From: Minisyncoccota bacterium
Lineage (GTDB): Bacteria; Patescibacteriota; Minisyncoccia; Phycocordibacterales; UBA6065
Direction: 5' to 3'
Length of the DNA: 64,000 nt
NCBI GenBank assembly: GCA_041661645.1
Contig: JBAZUA010000001.1
Coordinates: 45,618-109,617 of the forward strand
Below are positions 1-8,889 of the stretch, piece after piece. Numbering within the stretch: position 1 is the first letter of the stretch; every line of letters starts with the position of its first letter. The position numbers were made by a program, and so were the translations under genes. The notes under the pieces were generated by a model that saw nothing but the letters and a program-made list of their open reading frames with translations, was not told the origin of the DNA and did no database searches.

Positions 1-204
1 AAGTCTTCCGCGCAGATTGTCGCGCTCTACGCGAAGGAGAGCCTCGTCGGAAGACTTGTCTTGGGCGTGGTCAATTTTCCTCCCCGTAAAATAGGGCCAT
101 TCGAGTCCGAGGTTTTGACCCTTGGCGTGCCTGATGGGGACGGGAAGGTCATTCTCGTAGCCCCGGATGACAAAGATGCGGTGATTGGAAGTAAGTTATT
201 CTAA
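1..204 (+). CDS. csaA: tRNA-binding/export chaperone CsaA family, 5'-truncated by window edge
   Basis: Frame 1 reads KSSAQIVALY...VVNFPPRKIGPFESEVLTLG...GSKLF*, the CsaA/Trbp111 OB-fold signature. Not in the ORF track. Confidence 0.85.
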   Translation, partial: KSSAQIVALYAKESLVGRLVLGVVNFPPRKIGPFESEVLTLGVPDGDGKVILVAPDDKDAVIGSKLF

Positions 205-209
205 AAGCC

Positions 210-758
210 ATGGACATAAAACTAGGAAAATTGGACTTCGCCCTCGCAAAAGACCATCCCAAGCTTCTTTCCGCAAGCGTTGCTGAAGCGATATCGAAAC
301 TACCTGACGGCGGACTCATCGGCGTGGCGGAAATAGATCCGAACATGTCCGACACCGCGGCCTTTTGCGCCGAGTACGAGGTTGGCCTGAATCAGGTGGC
401 AAACTGCGTCATCCTCGAGGCAAAAAGGGCAGAGCGCTCGTGGTATGCGGGGTGCTCCATACTCGGAAGCACCAGGGCGGATGTGAATGGGCTCGCCAGG
501 AAAACCCTCGACGCGCGCAAGGTATCCTTTGCCCCAATGGAAAGGGCGGTCTCTGCCACGGAAATGGAGTACGGGGCGATATCACCAATCGGCCTTCCTA
601 CGGACTGGATGCTTCTCGTCGACAGGGCCGTAGCCGATTCTGAATATGTCATCGTGGGGAGCGGGATCAGAAAATCAAAGCTGGCCATTCCGGGTAAATT
701 ATTTTCAACCCTACCTAACGTGAAAATCCTGGATGGTTTGGGCAGTGCTATCATCTAA
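210..758 (+). CDS. YbaK/EbsC family aminoacyl-tRNA editing protein
   Basis: ANCVI...STRADVN...RKVSFA...MEYGAISPIGLP...VGSGIRKSK motifs. Confidence 0.85.
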   Translation: MDIKLGKLDFALAKDHPKLLSASVAEAISKLPDGGLIGVAEIDPNMSDTAAFCAEYEVGLNQVANCVILEAKRAERSWYAGCSILGSTRADVNGLARKTLDARKVSFAPMERAVSATEMEYGAISPIGLPTDWMLLVDRAVADSEYVIVGSGIRKSKLAIPGKLFSTLPNVKILDGLGSAII

Positions 759-763
759 ATAAT

Positions 764-1246
764 ATGAAAACCCACCCCGAAACCACGATCGGCCACGTGC
801 ACCTGACCGTTGCTGACCTTGACCGATCGCTCGCGTTCTACCGCGACCTTCTGGGCTTTGAGGTGACGACCCGCTATGGCCAAAACGCGGTGTTCCTGTC
901 TGCCGGCGGGTACCATCATCACATCGGCCTCAATACCTGGGCGGGCAAGGGCGTCACACCGCCGCCACAGGGACACTCGGGCCTCTACCACTTCGCCATA
1001 CTCTATCCGAACAGGAAGGCCCTTGCTCAGGTCATCAAACGCCTCATCGACGCCGAATATCCGATCACGGGAATGTCGGATCACGGGGTCTCCGAGGCGA
1101 TATACCTCGATGACCCTGATATGATAGGGGTCGAGCTCTATGTCGATCGTCCAAGGTCAGAGTGGAAGGTAAGGAACGACGGTGAGGTGGAGATGGTGAC
1201 GAAGCCTCTCGACATCAAAGATCTGCTCGGCGAGCTTGATAAATAA
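764..1246 (+). CDS. VOC/glyoxalase family protein (CatE-like)
   Basis: IGHVHLTVADLDRS...GGYHHHIGLNTW...GLYHFA...DHGVSEAIYLDDPD. Confidence 0.85.
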   Translation: MKTHPETTIGHVHLTVADLDRSLAFYRDLLGFEVTTRYGQNAVFLSAGGYHHHIGLNTWAGKGVTPPPQGHSGLYHFAILYPNRKALAQVIKRLIDAEYPITGMSDHGVSEAIYLDDPDMIGVELYVDRPRSEWKVRNDGEVEMVTKPLDIKDLLGELDK

Positions 1247-1262
1247 AACCTAAAACAAACAC

Positions 1263-1697
1263 ATGCGAAAAATGATCCTCGGACTCGTCATCATAATGCT
1301 CGTCGGACTTTCGACTTTCGTCATACTGAAAAATCCCGGGCGAAATGAAGCCCCCGCAAATAGCACCGAACAGGTCACCACGACCACGGACAACGACAGC
1401 ACAGCGGTGACCACCAGCCTCAATCAGCCCCTCATATACAACAATGTCATGGTGACCGCCACCAAGGTGCTGGAGGATAGCCGCTGCCCGTCAGACGTTC
1501 AATGCATACAGGCCGGAACGGTCAGGCTTTCGCTTAACATAGAGACCACCCTCGGCACCTCGACCGTGGAGATGAGGCCGGGAGAAACGGTCAAACTCGA
1601 CGGATTCTCCCTTTCGTTTGATTCAGTTTCGCCATACCCGGTCTCGACATCAAAGATATCGCCTGCCGATTATAAGTTTATCCTCGGCATTCTCTAA
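1263..1697 (+). CDS. membrane-anchored/secreted hypothetical protein
   Basis: N-terminal hydrophobic helix, Thr-rich linker, DSRCPSDVQCIQAG motif. Confidence 0.7.
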   Translation: MRKMILGLVIIMLVGLSTFVILKNPGRNEAPANSTEQVTTTTDNDSTAVTTSLNQPLIYNNVMVTATKVLEDSRCPSDVQCIQAGTVRLSLNIETTLGTSTVEMRPGETVKLDGFSLSFDSVSPYPVSTSKISPADYKFILGIL

Positions 1698-1701
1698 AGA
1701 C

Positions 1702-2415
1702 ATGAAACTCATCTTTCTCGACACCGAATCGACGGGCATAGACCCGGCAAAGGATCGCCTTTGTCAGGTCTGCTACAGAACCGACGCTGACGGGACGCGC
1801 GTAGAATACTTCAAGCCACCAGTGCCGATATCGATCGAGGCAATGAGCATAACCCATATCACGAACAAGATGGTGTCGGACAAGCCCGCCTTCATGGGGA
1901 GCGGCATGCAAAATGATCTTTCCGCGCTTCTCGCCGAGGGAGTCCTTGTCGCCCACAACGCCAAGTTTGACAAGACCATGCTCGAGCTCGAGGGCCTGAA
2001 GGTGCCCAGGTTCATCTGCACCCTGCGCCTAGCCCGACATCTCGACGCCGAGGGTGTCATCCCAAAATACAACCTCCAGTATCTCCGCTATTATCTCGAC
2101 CTTGATGTAGCGGGAAGCGCGCACGACGCAGAAGGGGACGTGAACGTGCTCTATGCCGTATATCAGAGACTCTTCGCAAAGGTCCGCGCCCAGGAGGCGA
2201 GCGACGAGGCGGCGATCGCCAAGATGATAGACATATCGGGCAAACCCTCGCTCTTCCGAACCTTTAACTTCGGCAAGCATATGGGCAAGAGGCTCGAGGA
2301 CGTGGCCAAGACAGACCGGAACTATCTCGAATGGCTGCTCGGGCAAAAGCTCGCGAGCGGGGAGGATGACGAGGATTGGATATATACGCTCAAGTTCTAT
2401 CTGGGGAAGGCCTAG
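1702..2415 (+). CDS. DEDDh 3'-5' exonuclease (ExoX-like) with C-terminal DUF3820-like domain
   Basis: FLDTESTG, VAHNAKFD, AHDAEGD motifs; C-terminal FGKHMGKRLEDV...YLEWL. Start set at ATG 1702. Confidence 0.85.
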   Translation: MKLIFLDTESTGIDPAKDRLCQVCYRTDADGTRVEYFKPPVPISIEAMSITHITNKMVSDKPAFMGSGMQNDLSALLAEGVLVAHNAKFDKTMLELEGLKVPRFICTLRLARHLDAEGVIPKYNLQYLRYYLDLDVAGSAHDAEGDVNVLYAVYQRLFAKVRAQEASDEAAIAKMIDISGKPSLFRTFNFGKHMGKRLEDVAKTDRNYLEWLLGQKLASGEDDEDWIYTLKFYLGKA

Positions 2416-2432
2416 CGAGCGCCTGAAGATAT

Positions 2433-2461
2433 TTGACAATATACAATATATTATATATAAT
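2433..2461 (+). promoter_or_regulatory. consensus sigma70 promoter
   Basis: TTGACA-17 nt-TATAAT, a perfect consensus upstream of ORF 2511. Confidence 0.85.
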
Positions 2462-2510
2462 ACACAAGTAAGCTGTTTCATTCAAAAACCGTCAGTTTTT
2501 CCTTTTACCT

Positions 2511-3230
2511 ATGAAAAAGCAGATCCTTGTCAGCATCAGTATTCTCGTGGCATTTTTTGCCACTGTTAGCGCGAGTGCCGAAGGCGGATTTTTCTCGTTT
2601 GACGTCTGGGACAAATATGTCACGGCAGACTCGGGTCTGGCCTACGACAATCCCGTGCTTCAGACCTACACCTCAAAAGACATCGGCAAAGGTTTCTACG
2701 CGGGTCTCTTCACGTCCGTCGCCGACAAGAAAGGCTACGGCAACGAAGTGGACCTGAGCTTGGGCCGATCCTGGGGAGACACCGTGCAATACGATGTCAG
2801 CGTATCGTATTGGAACATATCCGAGTTGGACAGGACGAACTCGGACCTCTGGGTGCTCACCCTCGACGCTTCGAAGGAAGTTCTCTCGGGACCCATCAGT
2901 GTAACCATCGGCGCATGTCTCGAAAGCTACGTTCCTATGGAGAAATCCTTCTGGACCGGCGGCTATCGGGGCACGCTAAGAACAAGCGTCACCAAAGAGC
3001 TAGTCAAGGACAAGCTCAGCCTCAACGGTGAGGTGTCGCTTATGCGTGACGATGGGTCCCTCGGGTCTAATCCATCCTTCGTAGCAGGCCTGTCCGGAAG
3101 CCTGGCGTGGACGGTCGGGAGATTCACAATCATGCCAATCGAGGTGAAAGTCACCGAGATACTAAGTAACGTGAGTGACGGCCGCAAGGACCGAATCGTC
3201 CTGGGCGCAGGCATGTCCACCACGTTCTAA
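2511..3230 (+). CDS. secreted beta-rich protein, TorF/Gcw_chp putative porin-like
   Basis: Signal peptide ending ASA; DKYV...NPVLQ...GFYAG...NEVDL...YDVSVSYW pattern; amphipathic strands; C-terminal Phe. Confidence 0.55.
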   Translation: MKKQILVSISILVAFFATVSASAEGGFFSFDVWDKYVTADSGLAYDNPVLQTYTSKDIGKGFYAGLFTSVADKKGYGNEVDLSLGRSWGDTVQYDVSVSYWNISELDRTNSDLWVLTLDASKEVLSGPISVTIGACLESYVPMEKSFWTGGYRGTLRTSVTKELVKDKLSLNGEVSLMRDDGSLGSNPSFVAGLSGSLAWTVGRFTIMPIEVKVTEILSNVSDGRKDRIVLGAGMSTTF

Positions 3231-3253
3231 CGCGTCGGAATTAGTCAGTTTCG

Positions 3254-3292
3254 GGAGCCGTAACCTTCAAGGTTGCGGCTCCTTTTGTTTTT
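3254..3292 (+). terminator. intrinsic terminator
   Basis: GGAGCCGTAACC-ttcaa-GGTTGCGGCTCC followed by a T-tract. Confidence 0.8.
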
Positions 3293-3363
3293 GTGTAAAA
3301 CCCGGAGACATCGTTACGATTGCCCCCATAGGGAGCTGATGATATGCTTTGGCTATCAAACCC

Positions 3364-4344
3364 ATGTCACAGCCACGAAAAATCCTCCTCTCGGGCGTAA
3401 GGCCCACTGGTCGCCCCCATATCGGAAACTATTTCGGCGCGATGAAGCAGTTCGTCGACCTCCTGAACACCGGCAACTACGAGTGCTACTTCATGATCGC
3501 CGACTATCACGCCCTGAACTTCATACAGAACAAGGCCGAGATGCAGACGAACATCATCGACCTCGCCCTCGACTATATCGCCATCGGCCTCGACCCAAAG
3601 AAGTCCGTGCTGTTCAAGCAGTCTGACGTCTCCGCCCACACCGAGCTCGCCTGGATATTCGACAGCATCACCACCATGCCATATCTCATGCGCGCGAACG
3701 CCTTCAAGGATGCGGAAGCCAAGAACTCCGAGATAAACGTGGCGACCTTCAACTATCCGATGCTCATGGCGGCAGACATCCTGATATATGACGCGGATAT
3801 AGTTCCCGTGGGCCTCGACCAGAAGCAGCACATCGAGTACACCCGCGACACGGCCCAGAAATTCAACCGCATCTTCGGCGAAACTTTCAAATTGCCAAAA
3901 GAGCTCATCGTCGAGAATGTAAAGACCGTCCCTGGCATCGACGGGCGCAAGATGTCCAAGTCATACGGCAACACCATCGGGCTCTTTGCCACCGACGAAG
4001 AGATAAAGAAGGCCGTGATGTCCATAGTCACCGACTCCGGCAAGAATCCCGACGGAACCCCATCCGTGCCGGTAAACGTTCGTGCCATTCACGAGCTCTT
4101 CCGCGACAAGGCGTATCTCGACGCGCTCTATGCCGAGAAGGCGGGAAAATATAAAGACCTCAAGGAAGCTCTGGCCGCCGACGTTCAGGCGTTCATCAGG
4201 CCGATGCGAGAGCGACGCGACAGGCTCGCACAGAATCGATCAAAGGTAATGAAAATCCTGGCAAAGGGAGGGAAGAAGGCTGCGAAGAAGGCAAACAAGA
4301 CGATGGAGAGGGTGAAGGAGGCGGTTGGCGTGACCCTCGAATAG
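3364..4344 (+). CDS. trpS: tryptophan--tRNA ligase
   Basis: SGVRPTG.PHIGNY (HIGH motif), YPMLMAADIL, VPVGLDQKQH, KMSKS. Confidence 0.97.
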   Translation: MSQPRKILLSGVRPTGRPHIGNYFGAMKQFVDLLNTGNYECYFMIADYHALNFIQNKAEMQTNIIDLALDYIAIGLDPKKSVLFKQSDVSAHTELAWIFDSITTMPYLMRANAFKDAEAKNSEINVATFNYPMLMAADILIYDADIVPVGLDQKQHIEYTRDTAQKFNRIFGETFKLPKELIVENVKTVPGIDGRKMSKSYGNTIGLFATDEEIKKAVMSIVTDSGKNPDGTPSVPVNVRAIHELFRDKAYLDALYAEKAGKYKDLKEALAADVQAFIRPMRERRDRLAQNRSKVMKILAKGGKKAAKKANKTMERVKEAVGVTLE

Positions 4345-4416
4345 GCTTTTGTATATACAGTATAGCAAACAGGTTGACGCTTGCGCAAGGCTATGGCATT
4401 TTGCTTTACTTATCCC

Positions 4417-6177
4417 ATGAATAACAAAGAAAAAAACTATTCCTCGCTCGACCTCATTCGATCGCTCTGGTCCTTTCTGCGTCCCTACAGGGGAAAATTC
4501 ATCCTCGGAACCCTGCTTCGCATCATCGGCGAGATCACCTGGCTCTATCCGGCCTACGCCCTCGGGTCGATAGCGACGTTCTTTGTCGGATATCACATAG
4601 GCGATCCTCTTGGTCCTTTCTGGCAGATCATCGGTCTTCTGGGTATCGCGTCCTTGGTCTATTTCATAACGTCCTACTTCGGCAACCTCCTGGGCTTCAG
4701 GACCGCCCTCAGGACATCCATCGATTCGCAGCTTATCGCCATCAAACACATCCTCAAGCTCGACATCGGCTGGCACGAGACGGAGAACACCGGAAACAAG
4801 GTGAAGAAGATAGACCGCGGGAGCAACGCGGTCAACATGCTCCTCAGGGCGTGGTTCTCCCCGATGATCGGTATAGTCGTCAGCCTCGTCGGAGTCACCC
4901 TCATAATATCCCGCTTCGACAAGATGATCTCGTTTCTGACGCTGGTGTTCCTCGTGGCCTATTTCCTAGTCTCCTTCTTCTTCACGAAAAACGCGGTCAA
5001 GGTCCAGCGAGCCGAGAACATAAAGGACGAGAACCTATCCGGGCTCATATTTGAATCGGTCAACAATGTCCGAAGCGCCAAGGTGATGTCGATGATTCCA
5101 CCCCTCACGGAGATGATACGGGGGATGAGTTCGGAACTCTATAGCCTTGCTCGTATGAGGGTGTTCTGGTATCAGTCGGGCGGTGCCGTAAAGAATCTCA
5201 CGGGACAGGCCTTTCGCCTGGCCATCATGGCATACATAGGCTGGGGCATCATGCAGGGATGGTATGGCGTCGGCTTCATGGTCCTCTTCTACAGCTACTT
5301 CTCGAGCGTCCAGTCAGCGGTAGGCCAGCTGGCCGAAAGCTCCCAGGACTTCGCCATACGAAAGACCCAGGTGGGCAGGATGACGGACCTCCTCAAGGAG
5401 AAGCCCTCGACGGACATCGAGGATGGCAAGCTGCGCTTCCCCGACGGATGGAAGATGATCGAGGTAAAGAACGTGTCCTTCGCCTACGGGGACAAGAAAA
5501 TCCTCGACAACGTCACCTTCACCATATCCCGCGGCGAGAAGATAGGAATCGTCGGGCTCTCCGGTGCCGGCAAATCGACGCTCTTCAAGCTGTTGCTCAA
5601 GGAGCGCGAGAATTACGAGGGGGAGATCCTGGTCGACGGCATCCCGCTCAGGTCAATCAGCAAGAACGACTACTTCAGGCACGCGGCCGTCGTCCTTCAG
5701 GAGACCGAGGTGTTCAACTTCACCCTTCGCGACAACGTGACGATATCGAATCACGAGAAGGCACTTGATGACAGGCTCTTCGAGAGGGCGATCGAGATAG
5801 CGCACGTCGCGGAATTCGCCAAGGCGCTGCCGCAGGGGACGAACACCCAGATCGGAGAGAAAGGCGTTAAGCTGTCAGGGGGCGAGAAGCAGCGCGTCGG
5901 CGTCGCCCGCGCCATATTCAAGGAGCCCGAGCTGCTCCTTCTCGACGAGGCAACCTCGCATCTCGACATCGAATCCGAGGAGAAGATACAGGACTCGCTC
6001 CATCAGTTCTTCCAGAACGTCACGGCGGTCGTCATCGCCCATCGCCTCACCACAATAAGGGAAATGGACAAGATACTGGTCATCGAGGGAGGAAAGATCA
6101 TCGAGCAGGGAAGCTTCGCCGAACTACAGGCAAGCAAAGGCAGGTTCTACGGCCTCTGGGAAAAGCAGAAGCTCTAG
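4417..6177 (+). CDS. ABC exporter, fused TMD + ATPase
   Basis: About 6 TM segments; GLSGAGKST, LSGGEKQR, LLLDEATS, IAHRL. Confidence 0.92.
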   Translation: MNNKEKNYSSLDLIRSLWSFLRPYRGKFILGTLLRIIGEITWLYPAYALGSIATFFVGYHIGDPLGPFWQIIGLLGIASLVYFITSYFGNLLGFRTALRTSIDSQLIAIKHILKLDIGWHETENTGNKVKKIDRGSNAVNMLLRAWFSPMIGIVVSLVGVTLIISRFDKMISFLTLVFLVAYFLVSFFFTKNAVKVQRAENIKDENLSGLIFESVNNVRSAKVMSMIPPLTEMIRGMSSELYSLARMRVFWYQSGGAVKNLTGQAFRLAIMAYIGWGIMQGWYGVGFMVLFYSYFSSVQSAVGQLAESSQDFAIRKTQVGRMTDLLKEKPSTDIEDGKLRFPDGWKMIEVKNVSFAYGDKKILDNVTFTISRGEKIGIVGLSGAGKSTLFKLLLKERENYEGEILVDGIPLRSISKNDYFRHAAVVLQETEVFNFTLRDNVTISNHEKALDDRLFERAIEIAHVAEFAKALPQGTNTQIGEKGVKLSGGEKQRVGVARAIFKEPELLLLDEATSHLDIESEEKIQDSLHQFFQNVTAVVIAHRLTTIREMDKILVIEGGKIIEQGSFAELQASKGRFYGLWEKQKL

Positions 6178-6213
6178 TTTGCAGGGGTCGATTTTATGCG
6201 CTAGAGTATCCTC

Positions 6214-6430
6214 ATACCACTGACCCGGCTGACACCGGCGAGGTAGGGGAAGGAAATCGCTCGAAACCCTTATGGTTCAAGGCGAAAGTAGAATCTCCCG
6301 GAACCCGCCCGATGCGGCAAACAAAGAGTGGGCCATGCAAAAAACGATGGCCCGAAAACAGGGTGGCACCGCGACAAAGTCGCCCCTGCGAATTTATCAG
6401 CCGATGAATTTGGAGGGGCGACTTTTATTT
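6214..6430 (+). ncRNA. T-box riboswitch leader (ultrashort Stem I, GAC/Asp specifier, transcriptional)
   Basis: Stem I TACC-ACTGAC-CCGG-CT[GAC]A-CCGG-CGA-GGTA (6215-6245); AGTAGAA Stem II motif; Stem III GGGCCAT/ATGGCCC; T-box AGGGTGGCACCGCG (6360-6373); terminator AAAGTCGCCCCT...AGGGGCGACTTT-TATTTT. Promoter TTGCAG-17-TAGAGT at 6179-6207. Confidence 0.88.
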
Positions 6431-6456
6431 TCCCCCGAATCTCACAAGCCACACGC

Positions 6457-6792
6457 ATGACAACACTAGAATCACCGGAGCCGCAGGAGAAGGACAGTCA
6501 CCTCGACGCGTTCAATCATTGCCCGTGCCCACAAGGTCCGATGGACATCGCCCGCGAGGAAGAGTACATACACTTCACGAACGAGCTCCAGGGAATGCTC
6601 GCCCTGCGCAAGTTCGGCAAGGATCCCGAGACCGAGAGATTCGCGAAATGGGTGGAGATGTTCTCGGTGCGGTTCAGGGACAATTTCGAGCGTACGATAC
6701 GGGAAAATCCCCTCTATTTTGACGGAATAGCGACCATTGGTGACATAGGCGAGGAGAAGTGGGCTGATCTCGAGGAAAAGATATACAACTAA
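6457..6792 (+). CDS. acidic hypothetical protein between T-box and aspS
   Basis: ATG just after the T-box terminator; typical codon use; ends 8 nt before aspS. Confidence 0.7.
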   Translation: MTTLESPEPQEKDSHLDAFNHCPCPQGPMDIAREEEYIHFTNELQGMLALRKFGKDPETERFAKWVEMFSVRFRDNFERTIRENPLYFDGIATIGDIGEEKWADLEEKIYN

Positions 6793-6800
6793 CAAAAACC

Positions 6801-8201
6801 ATGGAACGAACATACATAAAAGACCTTGAATCAAAGATGGGGCAGGAAGTGACCATCGCGGGATGGATAGACATTAGGCGCGACCAGGGTAAGCTCATAT
6901 TCATCGACTTCCGCGACATGACGGGATACGTGCAGGGCGTGGTGCTTCCAAACGCCAAGGACGCACAGGCCGTTGCATCAACCGTCCGATCTGAATGGGT
7001 CGTCGAGGTCAAGGGCAAGGTAAACCCTCGCCCCGAGAAGAACGTCCAGAAGGACAAGCAGAACGGCATGATCGAGCTGGAAATTCTCGGCATTACGGTG
7101 CTGAACGAGGCACAGACTCCGCCGATCGACGTACGCTCTGACGGCAGGGAGATCGGCGAGGAGAGCCGCCTGACCTATCGATACCTCGACCTGCGCAGGC
7201 CCCGCATGCAGAAGAACATACGAAACCGCCACGCGGTGAACATGTTCATCAGGAACTGGCTGACCAAGGAGGGCTTCGCCGAGATCGAGACCCCGATGCT
7301 CACCAAATCTACCCCTGAGGGATCCCGAGACTATCTCGTCCCATCCCGCATCGAGAACGGCAAGTTCTATGCGCTCCCTCAGTCACCCCAACAGTACAAA
7401 CAACTCCTCATGTCGGCAGGCTTCGAGAAGTACTTCCAGATCGCCCGATGCCTCCGCGACGAGGACTCTCGCGGCGACCGACAGCCTGAGTTCACCCAGC
7501 TCGACATGGAGATGAGCTTCGTAGCACAGGAGGACGTCATGGCCCTGAACGAGAGACTCTTAATTGAAATGGTTCAGACCGTGGCCCCGCACAAGAAGAT
7601 CCAGCAGATTCCCTTTCCCCGACTCAGCTACAAGGAGGCGATGGAGAAATACCAGAGCGACAAACCGGACATCAGGAACGACAAAAACGATCCCGACCTT
7701 CTCGCCTTCGCCTGGGTCATAGATTTTCCACAGTTTGAGAAGACTGATAAGGGTGGATGGACCTTCAGTCACAATCCATTCTCGGCGCCAAAGCCAGAGC
7801 ACGTCGACATGCTCCTCAAAAAGGAGAATATCGGTGACATAGTCGCCACCCAGTACGACATCACCCTCAACGGATTCGAAATCGGCGGGGGTGGCATCCG
7901 AAACCACAAGCCCGAGATGCTCGAGAAGGTGTTCGAAATCATGGGTCATTCCCCAGAGAAGATAAAGGAAAACTTTGGGCACATGCTCGATGCCTTCTCC
8001 TTTGGCACCCCTCCGCACGGCGGCATCGCCTGGGGCATCGACCGCGTCATGGCGATACTCGAGAACGAGCCGAACATACGCGAGGTCATCGCCTTCGCCA
8101 AGACGGGAGAGGGGAGGGACCTCATGATGAAGACCCCGTCAGAGGTATCGACCGAGCAGCTCATCGAGCTCGGCATCAGCGTGAAGAAGGCCGGAAAATA
8201 G
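6801..8201 (+). CDS. aspS: aspartate--tRNA ligase (short form, no GAD insertion domain)
   Basis: OB-fold (RRDQGKLIFIDFRD), LPQSPQQYKQ, ARCLRDED...RQPEFTQLDME, PPHGGIAWGIDR; 466 aa. Confidence 0.96.
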   Translation: MERTYIKDLESKMGQEVTIAGWIDIRRDQGKLIFIDFRDMTGYVQGVVLPNAKDAQAVASTVRSEWVVEVKGKVNPRPEKNVQKDKQNGMIELEILGITVLNEAQTPPIDVRSDGREIGEESRLTYRYLDLRRPRMQKNIRNRHAVNMFIRNWLTKEGFAEIETPMLTKSTPEGSRDYLVPSRIENGKFYALPQSPQQYKQLLMSAGFEKYFQIARCLRDEDSRGDRQPEFTQLDMEMSFVAQEDVMALNERLLIEMVQTVAPHKKIQQIPFPRLSYKEAMEKYQSDKPDIRNDKNDPDLLAFAWVIDFPQFEKTDKGGWTFSHNPFSAPKPEHVDMLLKKENIGDIVATQYDITLNGFEIGGGGIRNHKPEMLEKVFEIMGHSPEKIKENFGHMLDAFSFGTPPHGGIAWGIDRVMAILENEPNIREVIAFAKTGEGRDLMMKTPSEVSTEQLIELGISVKKAGK

Positions 8202-8222
8202 GAAACGATACTATCAACCTGG

Positions 8223-8254
8223 AAAGCCCCGCATCGAAAGACGCGGGGCTTTTC
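8223..8254 (+). terminator. intrinsic terminator after aspS
   Basis: AAAGCCCCGC...GCGGGGCTTT-T hairpin. Confidence 0.8.
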
Positions 8255-8304
8255 GTTCGTACTATCAGGAGGGACGGGTTACAAACACCCTCCCACAGCT
8301 CCTT

Positions 8305-8403
8305 ATGAGGCACGGACCTATATGCCGAAGCCTCGAGCCCGCGGTCCTCGAGCGCCTATATGGCCTCGGCCCAAGCGAGCAGGTATTCATGGGGATCAGA
8401 TGA
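8305..8403 (+). CDS. possible 32-aa small protein
   Basis: MRHGPICRSLEPAVLERLYGLGPSEQVFMGIR*, followed by a strong terminator at 8436-8472. Confidence 0.35.
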   Translation: MRHGPICRSLEPAVLERLYGLGPSEQVFMGIR

Positions 8404-8495
8404 CTGTCGGGCATAGCCTGACCATCGGAAACCTCGGTGCCCGCGCCCACACTTGAGGCGCGGGCACCTTTTATCATTTTGCCTCGCCAATACCC

Positions 8496-8826
8496 TTGAC
8501 GGATACAACCCATGTGCTATCCTTTATGTGGGTCGAGGATAGTTTTTCCTCCCCCACAGCTCTTTGACGGGGCACACAAACATCAGGTAGGGAGGATTCG
8601 TTCTCCCTACAAGGCACTGTATTCCCTCAAACTCGCGTTTCCATGATACACATTTGGCTTCGGCCAACGCGATCGGAATTGTTCTTTGTCTTGTGGCCGT
8701 CTGGATTTTTTTCCGCGCCCACGCCATCTCGGGTCTCCCTTTCGGAAACCCATCTGACGCATCCCTCACCAGATCGTCACCCACCCCTTTAAGCCGCTTC
8801 CTCATCTTTTTTGAGAAGCGGCTTTT
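8496..8826 (+). other. small stand-alone transcription unit (sRNA or 49-aa ORF 8643-8792)
   Basis: TTGACG-16-TATCCT promoter, GCTCTTTGAC boxA-like motif, hairpin 8587-8610, terminator 8791-8826. Confidence 0.45.
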
Positions 8827-8889
8827 CTATTGCCCGATGCGCCCGGTCCCGATGTGCTAAAATAGGCTCGCAAGCCAAAATAAACCCAC

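Noticed and set aside
6272-6460. 62-aa ORFs on both strands and the 6328 upstream extension of ORF 6457
   Set aside because: They overlap the T-box leader, which explains the sequence better.
8265-8805. Minus-strand reading frames that both contain KELW
   Set aside because: The shared peptide is the reverse complement of the CCCACAGCTC leader motif; promoters and terminator U-tails point to the + strand.
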